A DNA stretch of 29,147 nucleotides from a virus (Duplodnaviria; Caudoviricetes): IMG/VR virus record IMGVR_UViG_3300032250_000078, positions 1-29,147 of that record; one strand, 5' to 3'. A program made the position numbers and the translations under genes. The notes below the pieces were generated by a model. That model did not search any database, was not told the origin of the DNA, and was given only the letters and a program-made list of their open reading frames with translations. Position 1 is the stretch's first letter; each line of letters starts with the position of its first letter. Positions 17,153-25,211 of this stretch are shown here, one piece after another.

Positions 17153-19465
17153 ATCTATATTATTACTTTTTTTATTAATCTTAAACATCTTAATATTGTT
17201 ATGTTGCCAGTTTTTCTCCTCAAAAAACTCGTTTTCAAAGACCTCAGATGCTATTACTAACCCTTTTTTAAAACGCTTTAAAGAGTACTCTTTTTTGTCC
17301 AATTCATACTTCATCAAGAACCCTTTCCACTCATCAGTAATTGATTTAAAATTGCTTGATTCTAGATCATCATAATAGTCCAAGAAATCTTCTCCAAACT
17401 GTTGTTTTATCTGTTTGCGTTTAAGTTTAGCAGAATTATCTACTTGTACTATCCCAATCTCCATGTATTCCTTTACGCAGTAGAACATAAGATTGTAAAA
17501 CTTGGTCCATTCATCATTATCCCAGTCATCAAAAAAAGTATGTTCAAAAACTTTTAAGGGAGTATTCTTACTATTAAAGAAAGGAGCAAATTCAAGCACT
17601 CTTTGCCTTCTTCTACTATGCTCTGAGTTATTGCTAATGGTGTAATTGGTAGTAAATGCAATCTTAGGAGATTCAGAGAATTTAAGATGTAGCTCATCCT
17701 GGTTTTTCTTTTCTATGGTGATTCCTTCTGTAATTGTAGGGTAAAACTTCTCAAAGTCTACATTCTTTGGACAATCCTCAATAATTACGAGCTTAGTTCC
17801 TAGTGTCACACGCTGATAGGCAAATGTTTTATCAGGTTTAAATGTTTTACCATCAATAATGACTACAGGTATAAGCTTAGCAATGGCTTGAAAGAATAAA
17901 CCTTTACCGGTACCACCACCTTTACTCTCATCATCAGTTTCTTCTGCAAGTATTGGAGCATATGGCTTAGATGGATCTTTAAAGCTGTGCAAGATGTAAC
18001 CTATAAGAGTCATGGCGTACTGGACACGCTTTGCATCATCTCCAGATATCTTACATAAGAATTTAAAGAATACAGATGACAAAGGATCAAATTCAGTGTT
18101 AATCTTTATGTCTTTGTCTATAATCTGCGACTCCCATATGTATTCATCAATATCACCATAATTAATAGTGCTGATATTATCCTTTGTAATTACTACGATA
18201 TTATTATTAAATGGGAAGTAGCATTTATCTTGTGTATCATGTAAAATTTTTACATCAGCTTTATCAATATATTCAAAAAATGAATTAGAAAATATAGTAT
18301 TAGTATGCTTCATGATTTCTTCCATTACATCATAATGTTTTTCTTTTACTAATTTTTTCTTAACAAACTTTTTAATATCCTCAGCATGTACTTCTTTAAT
18401 TTTTTTATGATTAGTATTTACAAGCCTGTATGCACCACTTTTTGGATTGTGAAAGTATAACTGCACATAATTATCATGTAGCCATTCCTGAAGCTTGTAT
18501 TTGTTAATAATTATATTACCTTTTTGTGTTTTTATCCAAAACCATCCTTCAGTGTTTTTGTCTCCGTAAACATCAGATAATTGGTTACAAGCTTTCTTCC
18601 AATCTCCTTTACACTCCAGGTGAGTATAAACTGCAAAAGGATTATAACCTTTGTTTTGGAATGATGTAGATGTTGTATGTGGGTAAAAAATACGCTTGTC
18701 CTTAAAGATAACGGCAGATGTTACACTAGTTGTTTGACCAGGTCTAATTAAATAAAATCTTTCATTATCTTCACGCACCACTCGCCATCCATGCTTCTCC
18801 ATAAGTACAATTATGTCACCACGTTTATTATAATCATCCCATACGGTAAGTTTAGTACCATTTGTAGGCATAACCGGTTGCTTAATATTCTCAACAATCT
18901 GATTAAAACTTCTTGCTATGCTAAGCAATAAATCACGCTCTTCTAGCGTTATGATGGGAATGTCATTTGTGTCCAGTGGAGTGTACCCATCTGATGGAGG
19001 AGCAATGACATACCCTGCTTCGCCACGAGTCTCAATAAGTACAAACTGCTTGGCATTAGGATTGATAAACTTCTCATCATCAGTAGCTGGTCTTTCTGCG
19101 AGCTTCTGATTACCTTCTATGCTTTCGCATCTGTAGTAGATATGATAGCCATTTGACTTAGTGCGGATAATTTTTAAACGGCCATAAAGCTCAGGATGTG
19201 CGTCTAATATCTTCGCTTCATACTCTTCCCATTTAATGCCGTACTTACAGTCTACATCTATCACTTCTAGGTTACCACTAACGGCACCGCATATTACGGC
19301 AATGCCTTTGGCTTTTGGAGTGTTAAACATCTGCTCTAGTTCCTGATCTGTGGCAATGTTAGATTGGTACTTTTTCCATGCAAAGATGGATGTCTTAGAG
19401 TTGTCAGTTGAGATTACCGATAAGCCTTTTTTGGCGTAGCTTTTCGCTGATTGTAATAAATTCAT
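17120..19465 (-). CDS. Bifunctional primase-polymerase fused to C-terminal P-loop helicase
   Basis: Prim-Pol motifs GIAVICG...VIDVD...TKSNGYHIYY...IETRGEAGYVIAPPS; Walker A GGGTGKG, Walker B VIIED, FTTN motif C. Confidence 0.9.
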   Translation of the reverse strand: MNLLQSAKSYAKKGLSVISTDNSKTSIFAWKKYQSNIATDQELEQMFNTPKAKGIAVICGAVSGNLEVIDVDCKYGIKWEEYEAKILDAHPELYGRLKIIRTKSNGYHIYYRCESIEGNQKLAERPATDDEKFINPNAKQFVLIETRGEAGYVIAPPSDGYTPLDTNDIPIITLEERDLLLSIARSFNQIVENIKQPVMPTNGTKLTVWDDYNKRGDIIVLMEKHGWRVVREDNERFYLIRPGQTTSVTSAVIFKDKRIFYPHTTSTSFQNKGYNPFAVYTHLECKGDWKKACNQLSDVYGDKNTEGWFWIKTQKGNIIINKYKLQEWLHDNYVQLYFHNPKSGAYRLVNTNHKKIKEVHAEDIKKFVKKKLVKEKHYDVMEEIMKHTNTIFSNSFFEYIDKADVKILHDTQDKCYFPFNNNIVVITKDNISTINYGDIDEYIWESQIIDKDIKINTEFDPLSSVFFKFLCKISGDDAKRVQYAMTLIGYILHSFKDPSKPYAPILAEETDDESKGGGTGKGLFFQAIAKLIPVVIIDGKTFKPDKTFAYQRVTLGTKLVIIEDCPKNVDFEKFYPTITEGITIEKKNQDELHLKFSESPKIAFTTNYTISNNSEHSRRRQRVLEFAPFFNSKNTPLKVFEHTFFDDWDNDEWTKFYNLMFYCVKEYMEIGIVQVDNSAKLKRKQIKQQFGEDFLDYYDDLESSNFKSITDEWKGFLMKYELDKKEYSLKRFKKGLVIASEVFENEFFEEKNWQHNNIKMFKINKKSNNIDKSLTNNEHLY

Positions 19466-19715
19466 GTTGTAGTTCTTTGAGTGATTTTGTGATAAATACG
19501 AAGAATCCTGCTTCTGTTAGTTGTTTGTGACGGTAGTGCTGAAGTTCAGAGACAACTCCTTTTTCAGACTTTACTTCTATAAATATGGTAACGCCAAGCT
19601 TGTGGATTTGTAGGTCAGGCCATCCATTCTTGTTAGTCTGGATAATCTTGACAACAAGCCATCCTTCCTTTTCAAGCCAATGGATGATTTGGGATTGGAT
19701 TTGTGATTCACGCAT
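19404..19715 (-). CDS. VRR-NUC domain nuclease (Holliday-junction resolvase-like)
   Basis: ESQIQ...GWPDL...FIEVK...SELQ motifs. Confidence 0.9.
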   Translation of the reverse strand: MRESQIQSQIIHWLEKEGWLVVKIIQTNKNGWPDLQIHKLGVTIFIEVKSEKGVVSELQHYRHKQLTEAGFFVFITKSLKELQHEFITISEKLRQKRLIGNLN

Positions 19716-19734
19716 AGAATCACAATATTAAGAA

Positions 19735-19953
19735 TTATTTTGTGAGTAAACGCTCTTCACCTGGTATGAAGTTGGTACCAGTGCCACCGACCTTATTTAT
19801 AAAGTCTATTTCGACTTTGGCAGAATTGATAATGACTTGTGATACTTCAGCAATTGCTCTTGCTCTGTCTAGGTCCATTGGTTTTTCATCATCTTGTAAA
19901 GCTTCAAGGGTAGCAAATAAATGATTGCGGAGATCTTCAATTTTGTTTCTCAT
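19735..19953 (-). CDS. Small conserved phage protein commonly paired with the adjacent HNH gene
   Basis: DLRNHLFATLEAL...RARAIAEVSQVIINSAKVE pattern, recognised from memory of phage gene pairs. Confidence 0.7.
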   Translation of the reverse strand: MRNKIEDLRNHLFATLEALQDDEKPMDLDRARAIAEVSQVIINSAKVEIDFINKVGGTGTNFIPGEERLLTK

Positions 19954-20560
19954 GTAGTGTAGTTTTTAATTTGTTGTTTAATTTGATTAATTGTTGTAAT
20001 TCTAGTGGGTATTTAGTAACGGTATTGCGATGCATATTCTCACGCTTGGTTATCATCTGCAAATTATCAATATTTAAATTGTATTTATTTTTGTCTTTAA
20101 ATATAATGATATTGCCTTTAGGTATTGGACCATTGTTCTGCTCCCAGACAAGCCTGTGCTTAAGAACATATTTACCTTTGCTTATTCTGATGTAGATGTA
20201 ACCATCTTTAGGATCTAATCTTTCATGACCGTCATATTTCATATTATGAGGTTCATTCCCTTTCTTAAACATAGACACCTTGACCATCTCATACATTTCT
20301 TTGGACATTTTTTGTCCTTTATTATAAGTATTATGACCAGCCTTAAATCTTGATGCAGCTCCTAAAACTTTTAGCTTTTCAGCTTCACGCTCAAGAGATA
20401 TTTTTATAAATTCAGGTGACTTTCTTACTTTCAAATTGATGGCCGCCTGGTATACTGCTCGTGGTGATCTGTTGATGGCATCGGCAATGTCTTTGGTATA
20501 TCTGTCAGAGTAATTTAGCTTAACGTACTCTAGTTCTTCTTTAGTCCATTTTCTTCTCAT
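19937..20560 (-). CDS. HNH endonuclease-family protein with N-terminal HTH-like region
   Basis: WTKEE...IA..INRS N-terminus; FKKGNEPHN; KHRLVWEQNNGPIPKG...FKDKNKYN...NL...ENMHRN. Confidence 0.85.
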   Translation of the reverse strand: MRRKWTKEELEYVKLNYSDRYTKDIADAINRSPRAVYQAAINLKVRKSPEFIKISLEREAEKLKVLGAASRFKAGHNTYNKGQKMSKEMYEMVKVSMFKKGNEPHNMKYDGHERLDPKDGYIYIRISKGKYVLKHRLVWEQNNGPIPKGNIIIFKDKNKYNLNIDNLQMITKRENMHRNTVTKYPLELQQLIKLNNKLKTTLHEKQN

Positions 20561-21803
20561 CTTTCTTAAAATATGATAGTGTATAATTTTTTTTATTTGT
20601 AACTGCTTTGTAAATCCTATCTTCTATGCCACCTTCTGCAAACACCCAGTGTACTTCTGCTGTTCTAGTTCTGTCCTTGCTTTGAAGTCTTGCACGCACC
20701 TGAAAGTATGTGATGGCAGAGAAATCGATGTTGATGCAGATAAGAGCATCAGCACTGGACAAGTTAACGCCTTCCCGACCACTCACAAATTGAGATACAT
20801 AAATGCAAGTTATATCTGACTTATTAAAGACATCTGCATCATTAGTGATTAATAAACCATGCAAATTTGCGGCGACTTGTATCATTAATAACTCGTTGCG
20901 AAATTTGTAGTAAATGGCTATTTTGCGCCCTTTAAACTTGTTTAGAACCCATTTTACTTTGGTATCATCCAGTATTAGTCCATCGTTGATCTCTGTTCCC
21001 GAATCAAATAATATGGTTCCAGAGTATAGCTGATGCAATTTATTAAGAAGCTTGACCTCTGTGTCTGCCTCAATCACTTGGCCATCTTTACCGGTCACTA
21101 CCTTGTCAATTCGTAACCTATTTGCAATCTGATATACTTTATCAGACATCTTCACATGATGTACATTCTCATGTACAAGCTCAGTAAAGCCAGCCTCTTC
21201 TTGTGTGTATGGGATAAACAAATGATTGGTAATCTCTTCAATTTTCTGCTGATTTGCGTTACTATAATCGTTTATTTTCCGATTAAAGATATATTTTTCA
21301 GCAACTGTAACATAATCCTTTGCCCATTCATAAAATCTCTTAGCATTAAATGGCGAGTAGCTGCTCACCCAAAACTGGTGAAATAATTGAGAGTAAGACT
21401 CAGGTGATGGCGTACCAGATAGAAATATAATCGGCAGCTTGCAACATAGACTTTTTAACTGAGTAGTTCTGAGTGATGGAATAGGGAACTGCCCCAAGCT
21501 ATGAGCTTCATCAATTATATAAAGTTGTGGCCTTAAATCTTTGATCCTGTGTAGTGACTCAAAATTAATAAGGTACAATTGAAAGTCTTTAGCATAGTTC
21601 TGCAGGTAATCCTGTTCTACAGACTGCATGGCCTTTTTCTTTGTCACAAATATTACAATTTTTGCCCCATACTTCTTAACAGTCTCAAATGCAGTGATGG
21701 TCTTACCAGTGCGCACTTGCATATTCAAGTATGCAATTTTATGCTGTTTTAGCAACTCACAAGCTGCAGTTGATATATCTTCTTGGTATTGTCTTAAGTT
21801 CAT
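20541..21803 (-). CDS. SF2 (SNF2-like) helicase
   Basis: LRQYQ, TGKT, IIDEAH, LSGTP, GREGVNL motifs. Confidence 0.9.
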   Translation of the reverse strand: MNLRQYQEDISTAACELLKQHKIAYLNMQVRTGKTITAFETVKKYGAKIVIFVTKKKAMQSVEQDYLQNYAKDFQLYLINFESLHRIKDLRPQLYIIDEAHSLGQFPIPSLRTTQLKSLCCKLPIIFLSGTPSPESYSQLFHQFWVSSYSPFNAKRFYEWAKDYVTVAEKYIFNRKINDYSNANQQKIEEITNHLFIPYTQEEAGFTELVHENVHHVKMSDKVYQIANRLRIDKVVTGKDGQVIEADTEVKLLNKLHQLYSGTILFDSGTEINDGLILDDTKVKWVLNKFKGRKIAIYYKFRNELLMIQVAANLHGLLITNDADVFNKSDITCIYVSQFVSGREGVNLSSADALICINIDFSAITYFQVRARLQSKDRTRTAEVHWVFAEGGIEDRIYKAVTNKKNYTLSYFKKDEKKMD

Positions 21804-21852
21804 GAGTATAGTTTAAAAATGTTTAATTATTAGTACTATTGGTACCATAATT

Positions 21853-22044
21853 TTAATATTTTGAGTTTATGTAATCAATCATTCTGTCTCTGAGATTCAT
21901 CCTAATTTTTATATCAGGTATCTCATCGATTGCTTTTGATAAAGCATCAAATGCATCAAACCTATTCATTATAGGCCTGGCGTCAGGTTGTGGCTGACAA
22001 TTGGGATTTAAAGCATCACCCATAGCTTTGAATACATCTTCCAT
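21853..22044 (-). CDS. Hypothetical protein (63 aa)
   Basis: ORF with AAAAACTAC leader motif; fits the operon. Confidence 0.7.
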   Translation of the reverse strand: MEDVFKAMGDALNPNCQPQPDARPIMNRFDAFDALSKAIDEIPDIKIRMNLRDRMIDYINSKY

Positions 22045-22067
22045 GTTATGTAGTTTTTAATTGTTAG

Positions 22068-22158
22068 TATCCAGTAAGGGAGTCGAACCCTTATCCCTCA
22101 GAACTGAATCTGAGACGTTACCCTAGTCGATATTCATTGTCGATTACGCCAACTGGAT
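22068..22158 (-). tRNA. Atypical tRNA / tRNA-like RNA (27-nt D-loop, 6-nt anticodon loop; identity undetermined)
   Basis: Acceptor ATCCAGT/ACTGGAT, D stem GCGT/ACGT, anticodon stem TCAGA/TCTGA, T arm AAGGG-TTCGACT-CCCTT, discriminator A followed by CTA. Confidence 0.8.
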
Positions 22159-22195
22159 GACCTGGTGAATGATAGCAGATCTTACGGTATGCTTG

Positions 22196-22312
22196 TCATT
22201 TCTTTACCTCGTTTAATATTATTAATATCATAGATAGTATCAACAATATCACAGAAAATATACTGAGGATATCAAGAAACTTCTGTTTCTCTTTGTTTTT
22301 CATATGTCTCAT
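22196..22312 (-). CDS. Small single-pass membrane protein (~38 aa)
   Basis: Basic N-terminus plus hydrophobic ILSIFSVILLILSMILIIL; start chosen to limit overlap. Confidence 0.55.
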   Translation of the reverse strand: MRHMKNKEKQKFLDILSIFSVILLILSMILIILNEVKK

Positions 22313-22541
22313 GGAAGTAATGGTTTTGGTCTTTAAATTGCAGAACTGGTTCTTTGTGTCTATCCCAGACATTCTGCTCTCCGTCAACAAAAGCCTTAAT
22401 GATTTGACCTTTCTCTTGATCTAGCAGCTCGTCTGCATGCCGGATAAGTTTTAAAAGTTGACCATATCTGATGTCATTCTGGTACATATTGAGAAGTTCC
22501 TTTTTCATAATCTCAATGTGCTGTTGCATTGCAGTTTGCAT
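22272..22541 (-). CDS. Hypothetical protein (MQTAMQQ...EKGQIIKAF); start revised to 22541
   Basis: ATG preceded by the AAAACTAC motif shared with other early genes. Confidence 0.7.
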   Translation of the reverse strand: MQTAMQQHIEIMKKELLNMYQNDIRYGQLLKLIRHADELLDQEKGQIIKAFVDGEQNVWDRHKEPVLQFKDQNHYFHETYEKQRETEVS

Positions 22542-22634
22542 TATTGTAGTTTTAAAAGTATAGAATCTTGTTCTGTCATTGGTACCAATCTCCAACAAGT
22601 ACTATCATAATAAAAGGTAATAGTCTTTGGATAG

Positions 22635-22666
22635 TGCTTGCTACTGCAGGATAGCAGCAGCAAGCA
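22635..22666 (-). other. 13-bp RNA hairpin without U tract downstream of SSB gene
   Basis: UGCUUGCUGCUGC-UAUCCU-GCAGUAGCAAGCA; fully paired (one G-U) only on the minus strand. Confidence 0.7.
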
Positions 22667-22679
22667 TATAAATAGGATT

Positions 22680-23243
22680 TTAAAACGGTAAGTCATTGAT
22701 TCCGCCATTTAGTTGTGGAATGATGTCATTGTTCACCATTGACTCTAAAAACTCCATCATGTCGGAGTCATCCCATGTAGACTGGCCTTTTACTTTAATT
22801 TGCTTTAGTCCAGGACAGCCATTAGGATTGTCTTTAGTGTAAGCCCATTTGATAGCTACACCATTCTGATTAAGAAATAAAGTAGTGCGCTTCTTGCCGT
22901 CCACCTCTGTGGCCTTTGGCGTAAATGTTACATTCTCAGACAACTTAACATTAGGCAAAGCTTTTAAAAAGCTCGCAGCATAACCTGAGGAGTACTTAAA
23001 AGAAAGTATGGCTGTCTCGACACCATCATTGATGGTTACATTCCATTCCTTCCCATAATCGGACTCTCTGGTCACAATGTTGATTATTTTCCCCATCCAA
23101 CCGTTAAAGTGTTCTTCATTAACCACACGCCCATCTTTAGTGGTGCGCTGGATAGAAGATGTTGTTGGAGATTGTACACGTCTGCAAATCTTCCCATCAC
23201 TGATGGTTAGATAGATGGCAGTAGAATTGTTGATTGCTCCCAT
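22680..23243 (-). CDS. Putative single-stranded DNA-binding protein
   Basis: C-terminal NDLPF tip typical of SSBs; beta-rich; close to the exonuclease gene. Confidence 0.6.
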   Translation of the reverse strand: MGAINNSTAIYLTISDGKICRRVQSPTTSSIQRTTKDGRVVNEEHFNGWMGKIINIVTRESDYGKEWNVTINDGVETAILSFKYSSGYAASFLKALPNVKLSENVTFTPKATEVDGKKRTTLFLNQNGVAIKWAYTKDNPNGCPGLKQIKVKGQSTWDDSDMMEFLESMVNNDIIPQLNGGINDLPF

Positions 23244-23274
23244 TGTATTAATTACGACAGTAAGGTGTCAGCTT

Positions 23275-23532
23275 TTAATTTTTTATTTTTACATAAATAT
23301 TATACTGCATAACTTTTCTATAAGAAATCATACAATTTGCTATTATTGATTTTGTTAATGTAGGTTCATTATTTTTATCTAATAATAAATCAGGAAAATC
23401 TTCAAACCAATTATTTATAATAGATTCTATTATTTTATGATTATTAATATACTCTATAAGTTCTTGTGGAGCATTATTCATATCTTCTTTATCCTTAGCT
23501 ATATATGTTGATTTATTTTTATTTTTTTGCAT
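23275..23532 (-). CDS. Hypothetical protein, very AT-rich gene
   Basis: ORF fills the gap between nuclease and SSB genes. Confidence 0.6.
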   Translation of the reverse strand: MQKNKNKSTYIAKDKEDMNNAPQELIEYINNHKIIESIINNWFEDFPDLLLDKNNEPTLTKSIIANCMISYRKVMQYNIYVKIKN

Positions 23533-23536
23533 TGTA

Positions 23537-24289
23537 TTATAGTTTATGAGTGATTTGATATGATTTTAATTTAGGCTGCATTTGTCCGTTCTGCGCTAGC
23601 CATAACTTATGAGTACATTGAAACAACTCCCAGTCATTAGCCTCTTCCGCCTGGTCTCTTATTATCAGCTGCCATCCTGCGCCTTGTATTTGGTCTTTCT
23701 TGCCTGCTGTTCTAGTCTTAGCGTTAAGCCATAAAATAGCCACTTTATCGATTACATTGATTGAGCCGTATTGTTCTTGCATAAGCTTCTTATATGCTGC
23801 CAATTGGCACCAGTAATGGTCATAAACAGTATTACTGGTCTTTATATCCACCAAAATATTCTCTCCATTGATTTGGATTATTCTGTCAATGGTACCGGCA
23901 AAGCCTAAAGATGGACTAATCATGTTAAACTCAGAATGAATAACATCGAACTGGTGATTGTTTCTGAAGTCTACATAACGCTCAAACATAGTCCACTCGT
24001 TAAGCTTGTAGCCAATATTGCCTCCGTTATCTAATAAGTTAACTTCTTCACCTGCATCATAACGCTCAGTCAGGCTGTGTACTATTGATCCCCTTCTGCC
24101 AGCTTCGTCACGAATAGCATCAGCTTCATCTCCAACTTGTTTAAGCCATTGGAAAAAATGGGCATCTTTTGGGTAAGCATTAAGAATAGTGGTAACCGAT
24201 GGCACATTCTGTCCATCCTCTGTTGAGTAGAACCGGTTGTCTGTGAATGTAATTTGTCTAGTGTTGGTATCGATGAAATAATTTGACAT
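23537..24289 (-). CDS. PD-(D/E)XK exonuclease (phage Cas4-like)
   Basis: PSVTTIL, RGSIVH, E...FAGTIDRI...VDIKTS...QLAAY motifs. Confidence 0.9.
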   Translation of the reverse strand: MSNYFIDTNTRQITFTDNRFYSTEDGQNVPSVTTILNAYPKDAHFFQWLKQVGDEADAIRDEAGRRGSIVHSLTERYDAGEEVNLLDNGGNIGYKLNEWTMFERYVDFRNNHQFDVIHSEFNMISPSLGFAGTIDRIIQINGENILVDIKTSNTVYDHYWCQLAAYKKLMQEQYGSINVIDKVAILWLNAKTRTAGKKDQIQGAGWQLIIRDQAEEANDWELFQCTHKLWLAQNGQMQPKLKSYQITHKL

Positions 24290-24295
24290 AATTCA

Positions 24296-24484
24296 TTAAT
24301 TTTTTGTTGTTGTTGAATGGGATTTGATATGTGGTTCAGTTGTAGAATGGATTCGACTATAGAAGTCCATTTTTGCTTTTTCTTGTCTCTGTTTATGTTC
24401 TTCATCTTTAGAGATTTTGTTGCACTTGCTGTTATAGTACCAGTAAGCGCATAAGATTAACAATAGGATTATAAACTCAATCAT
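24296..24484 (-). CDS. Small N-terminally membrane-anchored protein
   Basis: MIEFIILLLILCAYWYY hydrophobic start; fits the operon. Confidence 0.6.
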   Translation of the reverse strand: MIEFIILLLILCAYWYYNSKCNKISKDEEHKQRQEKAKMDFYSRIHSTTEPHIKSHSTTTKN

Positions 24485-24528
24485 ATTTGAAAGTATTTCA
24501 TCAGTGATTGAATAGCGTTATTTGTAAT

Positions 24529-24834
24529 TTAATAGGCTTTATCAAAGTAAATGTGACCGATGCTGATATAGTCATACAAATCATCAGAGACTTCATCATA
24601 AGTCAGATAATCAAAGTACTCATCAAAGGTCATGTAATGTCCTTTAGATTGATATTGCCCTGTGCTGATGTCATGAGTCTCGAAGTAAAACTTATCAAGT
24701 CTTTTTAAGTACCTCTCAAACTTGTAATCTTGAATGACAATAGTGTTGGATTTGGTGTATCTGTTTTCAGATATCTCGACTATGATGAAGTCATCATCAC
24801 GCTTCCAGTTTAGAATTTCGAATAGTTTTTTCAT
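24529..24834 (-). CDS. Hypothetical acidic/aromatic early protein
   Basis: ORF with AAACTAC leader motif. Confidence 0.7.
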   Translation of the reverse strand: MKKLFEILNWKRDDDFIIVEISENRYTKSNTIVIQDYKFERYLKRLDKFYFETHDISTGQYQSKGHYMTFDEYFDYLTYDEVSDDLYDYISIGHIYFDKAY

Positions 24835-24979
24835 GTCTTTTAATGTAGTTTATTAGTTTTTGTTTTGTAATGTCAATACCGCCAATTCTATCAATACTTT
24901 GCTTTTCTAGATAAATCTGAATTGCAATTTTTCGTAGTTCAGGAGCAACTGGCTTTCTCCCTCGTTTTTCTGTTACCAT
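24797..24979 (-). CDS. Small putative DNA-binding protein
   Basis: KRGRKP basic motif followed by a beta/helix pattern; second gene of the early operon. Confidence 0.6.
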   Translation of the reverse strand: MVTEKRGRKPVAPELRKIAIQIYLEKQSIDRIGGIDITKQKLINYIKRHEKTIRNSKLEA

Positions 24980-25056
24980 TTAATAAAGTTTTCGATGAAT
25001 AATGCTATCAAGAAAATGATAGTTACAATGATTGTGTCTTGTGTTGATTTTTTCAT
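24973..25056 (-). CDS. 27-aa hydrophobic micropeptide MKKSTQDTIIVTIIFLIALFIENFIKW (first early gene)
   Basis: First ATG after the early promoter; AAAACTAC leader; stop overlaps the next start. Confidence 0.6.
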   Translation of the reverse strand: MKKSTQDTIIVTIIFLIALFIENFIKW

Positions 25057-25075
25057 TTTTAGTAGTTTTATAAAG

Positions 25076-25106
25076 CAAATCTATGGTGTCCTATTTTATT
25101 TACAAA
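25076..25106 (-). promoter_or_regulatory. Early promoter (Bacteroidota -33/-7 consensus)
   Basis: TTTG (25106-25103), 19-nt spacer, TAGATTTG (25083-25076), AT-rich upstream tract. Confidence 0.8.
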
Positions 25107-25134
25107 ATTTTTTTATAATTATTTAAAAAATAAG

Positions 25135-25143
25135 TTATCCACA
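25135..25143 (+). promoter_or_regulatory. Perfect DnaA box TTATCCACA
   Basis: Exact consensus 9-mer in the intergenic region; single copy, function unproven. Confidence 0.4.
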
Positions 25144-25144
25144 C

Positions 25145-25172
25145 AAAAAAGCCCGATGTGGAAACACCAGGC
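25145..25172 (-). terminator. Intrinsic terminator ending the late/lysis transcript
   Basis: GCCTGGTGT-TTCC-ACATCGGGC-TTTTTT; the two G-U pairs work only on the minus strand. Confidence 0.85.
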
Positions 25173-25211
25173 TAAAAACTACTGTATAAATCGTCGTACA
25201 CACAAAAAATT

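Noticed and set aside
19937-20560. HNH gene as a mobile intron or homing element
   Set aside because: It interrupts no gene, overlaps its neighbours as a normal operon member, and has its usual small partner gene.
22103-22108. UCA anticodon implying genome-wide TGA recoding
   Set aside because: Genes are intact in the standard code, and TGA is used as a normal stop (e.g. 5905, 7445, 13891, 27991).
22068-22158. tRNA as an attP integration site
   Set aside because: No integrase or recombinase gene is recognisable in the complete genome.
23537-24289. Cas4-like nuclease as part of a CRISPR system
   Set aside because: No repeat-spacer array or other cas genes; such nucleases are common phage recombination genes.
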